Under the pieces are notes generated by a model, which was not told where the DNA came from, ran no database searches, and was given only the letters and a program-made list of their open reading frames with translations. Shown here one piece after another: positions 22,712 through 41,953 of a DNA stretch of 64,000 bases. Position 1 is the stretch's first letter. Every line of letters starts with the position of its first letter. This DNA is from the human T2T-CHM13v2.0 reference genome, Homo sapiens, in the NCBI RefSeq assembly GCF_009914755.1, contig NC_060930.1. One strand, written 5' to 3'. Made by a program: the position numbers and the translations under genes.

Positions 22712-22820
22712 GTCCCCTCCGTCGGTGCGCGGCGCGTCTAGCAGGATGCTGGGTGCTTGGAGAACCGCTGGCTCCGGGCGGGCGCAGGCAAGGTGGGGAG
22801 CGCGGCGAGCCGGCGAGACC

Positions 22821-22870
22821 TTATATACCAGGAAAGCCACAATAGCCGTGACGTGGCGCCGCCCGCCCAC
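22821..22870 (-). promoter_or_regulatory. CD24: CD24 core promoter: TATA box (TATATAA, 22827-22821), CRE/ATF-like TGACGTGG (22849-22856, + strand), GC boxes
   Basis: TATATAA lies ~110 nt upstream of the ATG, implying a TSS near 22795; motifs read directly. Confidence 0.8.
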
Positions 22871-24112
22871 CCCGGCTCCCCTCCGCCGCCGCCCGCCGCC
22901 TCCCCGCCTTCCCCGCCCCGCTCCGGGTTCCCCAGCGCCCCCGCCGCCGCCGCCACCGCCACCGCCGCTCCGGCCCTCGCGGGCCGGGAGCCCCCCGGGC
23001 GGGCGCCGCTGCAGGTGGGCGGGCGCCGCCGGCTGCTGGTACCCGGCTGGTATCCCCGCGCCGGCTGCGGGCTGCGGGCAGGCTGGCACAGGCGCCCAAC
23101 GCCTCCGGCACAGGACCCGGGGCACACACGCGAGCCACACACGCCGCGCTGGGGGCCGGGCCCAAGTTTCCTTTGTTTCCCGGGACCTGCCATCTTACCC
23201 CCGAAAAGAAAAGTCCGCGCCTCCGCTGCGGCGGGGTAGCCGCCGGTCCTGGAGCAAGTGCATTGCCACTCAGACTGCAAAATGCGCCCCGGGGACCCGA
23301 GAGGGGCTGCGAATTCCAGTGCGACCGCGTGGGGGGCGGGCGCCGGGACCCCTCGGGCAGGGTTATCTCTCGGCCCGCCGCAGAGGAAAGGGGAACGCGG
23401 CGGGCGTGGCGCGGACGCGGGCCGGACGCTCACCCTGGCCGACGGGACCCGGGCGCCGCCTAGCGCGAACCCTTCCCGGCTGGTCGGCGCTCCTCGCAGG
23501 CGGTGTCCGGGTCCGGAGCTATCTGCGCGCTCGGCCCCGCGGCCGCGCCCTCCCCGAAGCCCTTGCTTTGTTCTGTGAGCGCCTCGTGTCAGCCAGGCGC
23601 AGTGAGCTCACGGGGGCGTCCCGGGTCCGCATCTTCCCAGGAGCTGGGGAGCCGCTCGCTGGGCGCAGACCCGCTGCCTGACGCTGCAAACTACAGGGTT
23701 TCGGTCCCCCGCGCTCCTGCCTGCGGCGGGCGAGGAGGAGACGGCCCACCCTGAGGGGACCCCCTCCGCGGCCCTGAAGCCCCCACCGCCCTCCCCGAGC
23801 GGCTCTGCTCCCAGGTTCTACTCGGGGGCAGGAACCTCCCCTCCTGGCGGTCCCACTACAATTCACCGTCCCTCTCGAATTCCTGGGGATACACTTTTTC
23901 GGTCTCTGTTGCCCGTCATTCGTTTAAAGAGCAGAACCGTTCGAGATAAAGGCATTTACTTATCCGTAGTTGCCATTAGGCAATTTAATGAACCGGCACA
24001 AAGAGGAGATTCGTCATCACTCTTTAGATTTTGGTGGAATACTTTTTTCCTATCCATCTTATTGTGAAAACTTTCAAGCATACAACAAAAGTTGAAGTAA
24101 TTTTACTGGTGG

Positions 24113-24410
24113 AGTATTTTGAGTTTAAATTTTAATTGCAAGACTTAATCTTTTTATTGAAGGTTTAGCCCAAGTGTTTTTCAGTCTTTAAAGCAAACAG
24201 CAGAGACCAAACCTAGTATGGTTGTAAATTTGTTTAAATTTCAGTTTTGCAGAACACTCTCGTTAGTATTTTTGGTTCAATTTTTAATTGCAAGACTTAA
24301 TACTTTTATTTAAGGTTTAGCCCAAGCATTTTTCGGTCTTTAAAGTAAACCACAGAGTAGTAAGATTCTAAATTTGTCTAAATTTCACTTTTGCGTGGCA
24401 GTCTCATTAA
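24113..24410. repeat. Diverged tandem duplication, ~152-bp unit, two copies
   Basis: tttaattgcaagacttaat...aaggtttagcccaag...gtctttaaag...aaatttgt.taaatttca.ttttgc starts at both 24131 and 24283. Confidence 0.9.
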
Positions 24411-24627
24411 AACAAAGTAAGTTTCAGGGAAGCAAAGTGACAATGAAATCTGCAGTAGGTTTGTTGACTGAATAGTGACTGAATTGGTTTGTGCCTTCAA
24501 GGTCAGTCACTTTAGCTCAGTAACTTTCCAAGCACGTTTAAGATGTGCTTGGGAACACAAGAATTTCTGTCGAGCACCAGTGGACTTTCCTGTTTAACAG
24601 TGTACCACATTATATAGAAATACTTTG

Positions 24628-24950
<323 letters not shown>

Positions 24951-25819
24951 AAATAGTCTGGCCCAGCTTCTCCATTCCTTTTCCGGGTGAAAAAAATGGA
25001 CTGTTTGTGACTCAGGAGTGCCGGGTTCCAAGGCAAGGAACATACTATGTCCTCCACAAGCTGCTTGTTGAACTAACTGGTGGTATTCCTAGGATAAGAC
25101 AGCCTCTAAAGACAGACTGCCAGAGTTCAAACCGTGGCTCTGCTAATTTTGCTGGAGACAAAAAGCCTCAGTTCCTTCATCTATAAAATGGAGATAATAA
25201 CATCATTACTAATTAGTTATTAAAGAGTTATTGTATATATAAGTGTTAGAATACTGCCTGCCTCAGAGTAGTAGCTCTCACTTAATATTTGCTCTTCCAC
25301 TGAAGGTGCCAGCAACCAGAAGGTAATTACCTTCTCTGCCACTGTGTGATACGTGAAAGAATATCAGTCTCCAAATAATTCCCAAAACTGGCAAGGCACT
25401 CAGAATCTGTGCTTTGTGAACCATTTCATCACCAGCTAATGAGACTGGATAATTCACGTAGCAAAGCCCTTCACCTCTGCCCAGGAGTTCCCCCTGGGCA
25501 TCCTACCGGGGGTGTTGCCCAGGACTTTGACAACTGGAGGCCCAACACAGGTAAGATACTTCTCTTTACAGGTCTCCACCCTACCCTTTTCCTGTACAGC
25601 TAGAAACTCAAGAAAACTGCCTGATTTTTCCTTTGCAGTTCTTTTGGCTTGTGATTCTTTCTTCCTATTCTTTATCCACTTCTCCTGGTTTTTCATAGTT
25701 TGTTTGCTAATAAAACCTGAGCCACGGCTGGGTGCAGTGGCTCACGCCTATAATCCCAGCACTTTGGGAGGCCGAGGCAGGCAGATCACATGGTCAGGAG
25801 ATCGAGACCATCCTGGCTA

Positions 25820-26050
<231 letters not shown>

Positions 26051-26228
26051 CTAACAAATTGAGACTCTTACCAGTTATCCTGAACTTTTTGTTGAGACAC
26101 ATGGCCAATTTCCATTTTATAGAGAAAGTGTGGTATAGAATGATTTTGAAACAGATTGATTGCATAAATTGATGTATGTGTGGAAAGTTATAACTTTCAG
26201 TTTTCATAGCTTTCATGAGATAGTATGA

Positions 26229-26645
<417 letters not shown>

Positions 26646-27660
26646 TAGCACATAGTGGATTCTGGGGTCAAATATGGATTTGAATCCTGCACCACCACTT
26701 TCTCTTTTTTTTTTTTTTTTTTGTAGACAGGGCCTCACTCTGTCACTCAGGACGGAGTGCAGTGGCTCATTGCAACCTTCACTTCCCTGGTTCAAGCCAT
26801 TCTCCTGTCTTAGCCTCCCGAGAGACTATGTCTTGCCTACCCAATATCCACTGCACCTGGCATGCAATCAGTCCTTGCTGGTTGAATGGACTAATATTAA
26901 GGAAACAGGTTAATTTGCTTTTTAAGATAAAATAGTAAATCCTGTTTCTAGAGGAACAGAAGACACAGGGGTTAATTATTTGACATTTTTAGCACTTTTG
27001 GCAAAATAGGTATGAAATATAATGTGAATCCAATAAAAGTGTTCCATCTGTGCTTTATAGCACAAATAGTGGCTGGAATAATCAAATATTTAATATAAAT
27101 TCTGTTCTACAACATGATGCAATTCTTAGTTGTGTTCATAATACTCTTTTTTTTTGAGATGGAGTCTCACTCTGTCGCCCAGGCTGTAGTGCAGTGGCGT
27201 GATCTCGGCTCATTGCAACCTTCGCCTTCCGGGTTCAAGTGATTCTCCTGCCTCAGCCTCCTGAGTAGCTGGGACTACAGGCGCGCGCCACTACGCCCGG
27301 CTAATTTTTGTATTTTTAGTAGAGACGGGGTTTCACCATGTTGGTCAGGCTGGTCTGGAACTCCTCACCTTGTGATCTGCCCGCCTTGGCCTCCCAAAAT
27401 GCTGGGATTTGGGTGTGAGCCACCGCGCCCGGCCCTCTTTTCCCTCTTAATTCTGTGCCACCCTGCACTTGGTTGGCATAAATGGAATATTTCCATTTAT
27501 CCGGGTCTTTCAGTGGAGCTTTGTTCTTCACTGCCAATCATGAGAAGGCAGTGAAGGTACCAAAGTGAGTTTGCATTTCTGACTGATGAGGTCCTAGGTC
27601 CAGTAGCTGCAGCATGTTCAATCAGCTGGTGGCGTCCCAGCCGGACTCTCTGTGTGGACG

Positions 27661-27679
27661 TGCTGCCCCCTGCTGGCCA
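27661..27679 (-). promoter_or_regulatory. Candidate CTCF site
   Basis: Minus strand TGGCCAGCAGGGGGCAGCA, essentially the CTCF core consensus, in unique sequence. Confidence 0.7.
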
Positions 27680-28118
27680 CTGGGACCTTACGCGCTCACT
27701 GTCAGGAAAACAAAAACAACTCGTGCTGAATGTAAAAAGCCCTGCATTTTGGAATCCTTATAAAGCTAATAAACCACGATGATTTTCTTTGACTGTTACT
27801 TCCTTTTTCCCCCTGTAGAGTCACTCAAATTCTCTTAACCCTCATTGAGACCAGAAAACAAATGTAAAGAGAAAGAATTGTGACTGTTTTCAGATGCAAA
27901 TTGAATAATAGGATGCTTACCTCTAAGCATCCTGTGGTGTTTGAAATAAAAGAAAGAAGCAACTCTTAATCTCTTTTGCCAGAATTTAAATTTGGTGTCT
28001 CCCTTGTATTGGCAAGGATGCAAGAAAAGTCTTTCTCGTCGATGCTGATGGGATTATGGAAAGGAATTTGACATCTCTCAGTATTAAAAATGCACATTCT
28101 CCTTATTTTAAGAATTTA

Positions 28119-28422
<304 letters not shown>

Positions 28423-29456
28423 CTACAAATGCAGAATAATGTATGTTCAGGGATTTGTTGCAGCACTGTCATATCATGAAATATTATGAAGTCATTAAAA
28501 AGAGTAAAGGAACATAATCTATCCTACAGGGGAAAATCCAAGATAAATTCTTAAGTGAAAAAAGCAAGATACATAACTGTGTGTACAGCATGGTACTTTG
28601 TGTTTAAAAAACCAAAACTGGCCGGGGGTGGCTCACACTTGTAATCCCAGCACTTTGGGCGGCTGAGGCAGAAGGATTACTTGAGCCCAGGAGTTTGAGG
28701 CTGCAATGAGCTAAGGTGGTACCACTGCACTCTGGCCTGGGCAAAGAACGAGACCCTGTCTCAAAAAATAAATAAATAATAAATTTTAAGAATAAAAAAC
28801 AAAAACCTGACAGAGAAAGTATTTCCAAAGAGATACACAAGAAATTGTCTTGGCCACTGAGAAGAGAAACTGGGTGGCCAGGGCACACGAGAATGAGATG
28901 CATTTTTCATCACGTTAGCTTGTACCATCACTCATTCACAAATAAAGTAATTTAAATAAGTTAATAAGTCAATATACTCTGTGGCCTTTACCTACCCAAC
29001 TCCCACAAAGCAAATATGTGCAAAGGAACTCTCTCCAGCCCCCAAGGCCTCAGAATCACCCTCCTCCTCATCAGGAGCCCTCCTCCCATCACTGGCAAGT
29101 TCTCAAGCAGAAATTTGATTTTGCCTCAATTCATCCATCTATGACAACTGTGAGACCAAATTCTCTCAGTCCAGATGGCACACACAAAAAATGTTTCAGT
29201 AAAAGTGAAGAAAAATGAAGAACCCAGCTGCAGAAAAAATCATGAGAAATCGCTTGGCATCGCATCAGTTTCCACATTTTGTTCTTCCTTCCGGAGCCTC
29301 AAGTTATAAAGGCTATGGGGGAGGAAAGCCTCCGGTGGGCAGAGTTTGCCTCAGAGAATGGCCTGAGCTGGGTGGGCTCATCCCATAAGTAGGACCTTTC
29401 TAAGAGCCCCCTTCCACCCCTGTGCAGGAGGCAGAGTCCAGGCCTAATTGGGGTAA

Positions 29457-29864
<408 letters not shown>

Positions 29865-30321
29865 TGATCTGCCCGCCTCGGCCTCCCAAAGTGCTGGGAT
29901 TACAGGCGTGAGCCACCGCGCCCAGCCTCACAATGGTATACTTAATGAAATGTTACATTGAACTTGAAACAGGGATCACATTTTCAGACTTCGTGAAATC
30001 CTTTCTAAATCTGTTAACATACTTTTTCCAAGATTCCACTCAATAATATCTAAAGCAGATGCTGGCTGACATCTTATTCAATATAGTTTTAAGATGTCAC
30101 TCTGAGGAAAAAGTATTCTGTAATAGTCAGCCAATAAAAGGAGAACATATGAATTTAATTAGCTCGGTTGAATAAGGACTTCTCTGTTGTGAACCATATA
30201 TTTGTATGTAGATCTCAGAGTTAAAAAAGAAACAACTTGGCCAGGCATGGTGACTCACGCCTCTAATCCCAGCGCTTTGGGAGGCCAAGGCAAGGAGGAG
30301 CACTGGAAGCCAGGAGTTTGA

Positions 30322-30748
<427 letters not shown>

Positions 30749-30785
30749 TCAATGTTCTTTTGTATATTTTTTCTTGTTCATATTA

Positions 30786-30947
<162 letters not shown>

Positions 30948-31472
30948 TTAAAAATAGCTGGGTTGGTCCCACATGCCTGTAGTTGGGAGGCTGAGGCAGG
31001 AGGATCACTTGAGCACAGGATGTCGAGGCTGCAGTGAGCCATGATTGTGCCACAGCACTCCAGCTTGCTTGGACTCCAGCCTGGGTGACAGAGAGAGACC
31101 CTGTCTCGACAGAAAAAGAAAAAAAAATTTTTTTTGGAAAATGCAGAAAAGCATAATAAAAATATTAAAATAAAAATATTAAAATTACCCATAGCCAGGT
31201 CGGGGGTGGTAGCTTATGCCTGTAATTCTAACACTTTGGGATGCCAAGGTGGGAGGATTTTTTAAGCCCAGGGGTTCAAGACCAGCCTGGGCAACATAGC
31301 AAGACCCCCATCTCGAGTGAAATAAATAAATAAATAAGGATAAATTTTTAAAAAATAAAATTACCCATAGCCCACTAATCAGAGGCAATCACTAATAACA
31401 TTTTAAAATATATTCTTTTCACATATATGTAGAGAAAGAGAGTTTGCTTGTTTATTTGTTTTGCTGAAGTAG

Positions 31473-31737
<265 letters not shown>

Positions 31738-32671
31738 TGAACTCCTGAGCTCAAGCGATCTGAGCGATCTGCCTGCCTTGGCCCCCCAAAGTACTGAGCT
31801 TACAGACATGAGCCACCAAGGCAGGCCCATAAAGTTTTCTATCTTGCTTTTTTTTTTTTACATAATAGAAAACATTTAAAAAATTAATCACAAAATTCAT
31901 GGTCACATTCCTACAAAGTTAACGAAATATCTGGGTTGGCTTATGCAGGTGGTCAGCCAGAATTTCTGCAATGTCCAGATCCAACCAGGTCCTGGCTCCA
32001 GTTTGAGGCCCCTGGTGGCATTTATCTCCACCACCTATCAGTGGAGGTGATTCTGGGTTCGGGGTTGACAGGACCTCCAGGACCGCAGTGGCAAGGCTTG
32101 TAATCTCTTGGAGCTAGGAGAAACCTGGGGCAGAACTCCTTGCTTCCTTGCTTTCTAGAAGGGATTTCTGTTTTCCCCGACTCGCCTTGTCCTCTTTCTG
32201 CATTCCCCACATCCTAGAAGATAAGAGCTTTCTTTAGTGCACCCCATTAGCGAAGGGGATCTGGTGAGGATGGTAGCCAAACTGAATTTGCATTATCTTA
32301 GGAAAAAGTTTTTGCCAGGTTTTACTGTATTTTTATTGGTCATTACATGTTTTCTAAAAACACTTCATAATGACTATACAATATTCTATTTGGACAGTTG
32401 CTCTTATTGTAAATAATCTCATAAGAAACACTGTTATACACATGTTTTGCTTTTATTTCTGGTTATTTTCTTAGAATACACTTCTAAGGTCGAGGCTGCA
32501 GTGAGGCAAGATCACACCACTGCACTTCAGCCTGTCTCAAAAAAAAGAAAATAAAAATCCTGTCTCAAAAAAATAAAATAAAAATAAATAGGGCAGGCAC
32601 GGTGGCTCACACCTGTAATCCCAGCACTTTGGGAGGGCTAGGCAGGCGGATCACCTGAGGTCAGATGTTCA

Positions 32672-32881
<210 letters not shown>

Positions 32882-34088
32882 TTAATTAAATAAAAATTAT
32901 AATAATACATAAATTAGAAAATGTCACGTACATTGAAAGTCTGGGTCTTGATATAAACTGCCAAATTGTCCTCCAGAAATGTACACTCACAACAGCAGTG
33001 TGGAAGATTGTCTAATTCACAAACTTTTGCTAACTATGAGAATTAAAGTGCAAAATATATTTTTTTAATTTCATGGGAGAAAAAGATTTCATTTTTATAT
33101 TTATTTATTTTGAGACGGGTCTCGTTCTGTCACCCAGGCTGGAGTGCAGTGGCATGATAAAGATTTCATTTTTAATTGTATGTTTACTATCAATGAGATT
33201 AACCTTTTTTCCAGACATTTATTAGCCATTTGGAGTCTCCTTTTATGAATTAAATTGTTCTTTATAAATTTTGCCCATCTGTAGGAGTGATACATGTCAG
33301 AGTGCACTCAGGGTGAGAAGAAACTAGACCCAGGCGTCTCTCGGTTAGATCAATAGAGCCTAAACACCTGAAGGATGTAGAATCAAGTCACTGCAGTCAG
33401 GCTGCAAAGCAGACAGAGATGCAGTATTTTCCAGGAGAGTCAGAACGCGTTTCCAGGTCCTGAAATCTTCACTGGGCAGATGATAAAATCTACATGCATG
33501 AAGGTGAGATCAGAACACCTAGAAGTCTACTGGTCTCTCTATAACCAGTCTTATGTACTTAGGCTAAAACAGTTCTGCTTGTAAACTCCTCTGAATATAT
33601 ACTGGAACTTGGCGGGGCCAGGAACACCTCTTCAGTTTTGAAATTTTTTAATACACAATGTGACTACAGAATATGGTACGCTGAGACATGAACTCAGTCC
33701 TCTTAACCACTTTTTTTTTTAATTTTTTAAATGCTGTATTCTGGTTTATTTTTTATTTCATTTCATTTTATTTTTTGAGACAAGGTCTTACTTTGTCACC
33801 CAGGCTGGAGTGCAGGAGCCCAGTCACGGCTCACTGCAACCTCCGCCTCCTGGGCTCAAGTGATCTCCCACCTCAGCCTCCTGAGTAGCTCGGACTACAG
33901 GCACGTGCCACTACACAGGGCTGATTTTTTTATTTTTTGTAAAGATGGAGTTTCACATGTTTGCCAGGCTGGTCTCAAACTCCTGAGCTCAAGGGATCCA
34001 CCCACCTCAGCCTCCTGAAGTGCTGAGACCACATGTGTGAGCCACGGGCGCCTAGCCTTTAATCACCTTCAAGAAATATGTTTGTCGG

Positions 34089-35045
<957 letters not shown>

Positions 35046-35341
35046 AAACCCATGTTAGTGGACACTGGGGATGGCTTGAGGGAGGAGGAGGAGGAGGGGT
35101 GGGGGTTGGAAGGCTACCTATGGGATAATATGCTCCCTACCTTGGTGACAGGATAATTTGTATGCCAATCCTCAGCAACAAGCAGTTTACCCAAGTAACA
35201 AACCTGCCCACCTATCCCCTGAACCTAATATTAAAATAGAAAAGAAAGGCCAGGCATGGCGGCTCATGCCTGTAATCCCAGCACTTTGGGAGGCCAAGGC
35301 GGGTGGATCACGAGGTCAGGAGATCAAGACCATCCTGGCTA

Positions 35342-35662
<321 letters not shown>

Positions 35663-36276
35663 CTAGCACTTTGGGAGGCTGAGGCAGGTGGATCACCTGA
35701 GGTCAGGAGTTCAAGACCAGCCTGGCCAACATGGTAAAACCCCATCTCTACTAAAAATACAAAATTAGCCAGGTGCACTGGCTCATGCCTGTGATCCCAG
35801 CGACTTGGAAGGCTGAGGCAGGAGAATCGCCTTAACCTGGGAAGTGGAGGTTGCAGTGAGCCAAGATTGTGCCATTGCACTCCAGCCTGGGCAACAGGAG
35901 CAAAACTCCATCTCAAAAAAAAAAAAAAGAAAGAAAGAAATGTGTTCATGAGAGATTCATCTGAGTGAGGATCTTGCACATCTGACTGTCCAGAGTCAAA
36001 TTAAGGGTGAGGACTGCCAAATAGTGCCCAGTGTGCCAATCTCCAAGGGGCCCGAAAGCACCACTATAAATAAGATGAAGACAATATTTTCTTTAAAATT
36101 CTTCTTTCTTGAGAATTCTATATGTGGTGTGAAGGAATGTTTGATACACACTTGGGAAAGTACTTGGATGCAGTAATATCAAACAGTATTGTTTTGTTAT
36201 TTGTTTTGTTTTGCTGGCTAAATTGCTTGAGACAATAGAGAAGATATTGAGTGGCGTTGCTGCTGGAAGTTCCTCA

Positions 36277-36408
<132 letters not shown>

Positions 36409-36411
36409 CTA

Positions 36412-36657
<246 letters not shown>

Positions 36658-37356
36658 TTAAATTTAAAGGTGCAACAACTAGTTACCCTTCCCTGAGCAC
36701 CCACATGTCTCCATTAAAGTTATTCTCTACACTTTTTTCTGTCCTAACACACTGGAGGGTTGTAGCAACCTACATTAGCATCAATTGCTTTGGACAGCAG
36801 CAATTCCCATGGGACTGGGGTAATGGTGTCCTGTGTGAAAGAGTCCTCTAGAGTTCAGAGTCGCTAGTCATGCCACTACAGCTTTATTAATTAGCCACAA
36901 AGGATTTAACGTAAGTTGTGGAGCATTAATCAGTAAAAGGCAAACATATGACAATGCATAAACAAATAATTCAAAATAATTAGCATTTATTCCCTGAATG
37001 TGTGGCTGCCGTAGCAAATAAGGAAATTCAAAATATCATGCTTAATTTGCGATTGTGTTTTTCCCTTTAATTGCATCTGCCACCTGCTGTTAATTTGAAA
37101 CAATTAAACCCTAAAGGCAGTATTCAAAAGTAAGAAGACTGCAGATTTCACCTTTGGGCAAAAAAATTATACAGCAGCTTCACCGAACTTAAAAAAGAGT
37201 GAAACATTCTTTTCCAGAAGTGGTAGAGTGTTTTCTGTTTGCACAGCATGCCCTAGTAAGTGAGAGGGTGATGTTAAGGATGTGATTGCCAACTCCCTTT
37301 AGTATGCTGAGCTATATAAGCTACATGAAATTCTTGTCTCCTTGGAGATCTATACC

Positions 37357-38910
<1,554 letters not shown>

Positions 38911-39027
38911 TGTTATTCTGTATCGACCAAACCCAGAGATCTGGGGAATTACAGGATACCCAAACACTGGTTTTAGCAATCATGTGTCTCTATAAAGAAT
39001 TCAGTCTCAAAAGAACTAGAAGCATAA

Positions 39028-39360
<333 letters not shown>

Positions 39361-39395
39361 TGAGCCACCGTACCCAGGCTTGTCATCTCTAATAG

Positions 39396-39710
<315 letters not shown>

Positions 39711-40821
39711 TAAATCTGGATCCTCAAAGCAAGTAGAGGCTGGAAAATATTATTTGCATTTATTTTTACAATTCTACTTTATACTTGCCCTGACTTAATG
39801 GGCAAGTCCTATAGGCTGAGAGAAATAGTTTTAAAAAGGCCATTTACAGAAAGGCCAGGTGACTGTAACATCAGAGGGCTCCCAGGAGGATATCTTGGTA
39901 AATACCCTCACACCTTTCCCCTTGACTCATAGCAGGACCACTCTAAGCCAGTCAACAGAAAGAATCGATCCTTTTCCCTGCATGCCATTTTACCAGTAAC
40001 AGGAGGCTCAGAGCAGAGACACAGATGGGGATATTTTCCAAGCAATTCTCCAGTTTCCCATTTGACTGATTATGTGAGAAACCCCAAGTGGAGGGAGGAT
40101 CTGACCCCTGAGCATGAGTGGCAGTCTGAAGAGGAGTCTGCAGATGGACCTCATTCCTCACTAAAACCTGAGCATCCCCCCTGAAGCCAGTGGCTCACTC
40201 CAGTTCTTCCCAGCTCTTCCTGTACCACCCCAAACTCAATTCAAGTATTGGCTGCATGCAGTGGCTCACACCTATAATCCCAACACTTTGGGAGGCTGAG
40301 GCGGGCAGATTGCTTGAGCCCAGGAGTTCAAAACCAGCCTGGGCAACATGGCGAAACCCTATCTTTATTTAAAAAGAATAAACAAAAATTTAAAATTAAA
40401 AAAAAATTTTAAAAAGCAAGTATTAATTACATATACAGGTCTTCACTTGCTTCCATTGTCCACGTGATATATTCATGTATCTCTTCTCATGCTTTCTCCC
40501 GTCACCTCTCTAAGGACAGCCCAAAACCTATGCCAGCTTCTTATTGGAATTTCCAGCTCCACGTCACCACCTGCCTCCTGGATGTTTCTCTCTGAATATT
40601 CCCCTTTCATCCTTGGCTCAACATTCTCTAACAGCAAGTGTCCCCTTTCCTTTCATAAACATGCTGCTTCTCCTATTTTAGTTGTTCAAGCATTGAAGAT
40701 TGCAGTGTCTTAATCCTCATGCATCTTTGCTTCCATTTGCAATCTTTTTTTTTTTTTTTTTTTTTGAGGCAAAGTCTCGCTCTGTTCACAGGCTGGAGTG
40801 CAGTGGCGCAATCTTGGCTGA

Positions 40822-40983
<162 letters not shown>

Positions 40984-41086
40984 TGATCTGCCCACCTCAG
41001 CCTCCCAAAGTGCTGGGATTACAGGTGTGAGCCACCACACCTGGCCCCGCAATCATTTTTTAAATAGTTCTTTTCTGTTGTCTTAG

Positions 41087-41273
<187 letters not shown>

Positions 41274-41674
41274 TAGTTTTTTTGTTTTTTTGTTTTTCTG
41301 AAGAGATAGGGTCTCCTATGTTGGCCAGGTTGGTCTTGAACTCCTGGACTCAAGTAATCCTCCCATCTCAGCTTCCCTAAGTGCTAGGATTATAGGCATG
41401 AGCCAGCTCACCCAGCCTTATTTGAATACTTTCACAGTTGTTTCCTAACATGTCTCTCAACCTCTCATTCCTCCTTTTAAAAACACATGTTCTGGCCAGG
41501 CATGGTGGCTCATGCCTGTAGTCCCAGCTACTTGGGAGACTGAGGTGCGAGGACTGTTTGAGCTCAGGAGATCAAGGCTGCAGTGAGCTCTGATTGTGCC
41601 ACTGCACTCCATCCTGGGTGACAGAAAAACCTGTCTCAAAACAACAACAATAAAACAAAACAAAACAAACGTAA

Positions 41675-41953
<279 letters not shown>

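Larger units (their letters stand above)
21400..23900. promoter_or_regulatory. CD24: CpG island spanning the CD24 promoter, exon 1 and 5' intron
   Basis: Very high GC and CpG density, GC boxes, (CCG)n run at ~22940-22968. Confidence 0.95.

Noticed and set aside
22508-23140. 210-aa minus ORF as a single-exon CD24
   Set aside because: Only MGRAM...PTQ is CD24; the ORF has a non-ATG start upstream of the TATA box and runs through the splice donor into the intron.
22647-23681. 344-aa plus-strand ORF antisense to CD24 exon 1 and promoter, and other long overlapping ORFs at 21256-23866
   Set aside because: Low-complexity Pro/Arg/Gly/Ala translation expected from a stop-poor CpG island; open in several frames on both strands; no recognisable domain.
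24526-24555. Short hairpin ccaagcac...gtgcttgg
   Set aside because: An 8-bp stem is expected by chance in 64 kb and is too short for a pre-miRNA.
25541-25560. Plus-strand consensus donor CAG|GTAAGA (also CAG|GTGAGC at ~21579) as exons of a divergent or antisense lncRNA
   Set aside because: Isolated donor motifs with no supporting acceptor or exon evidence in the sequence alone.
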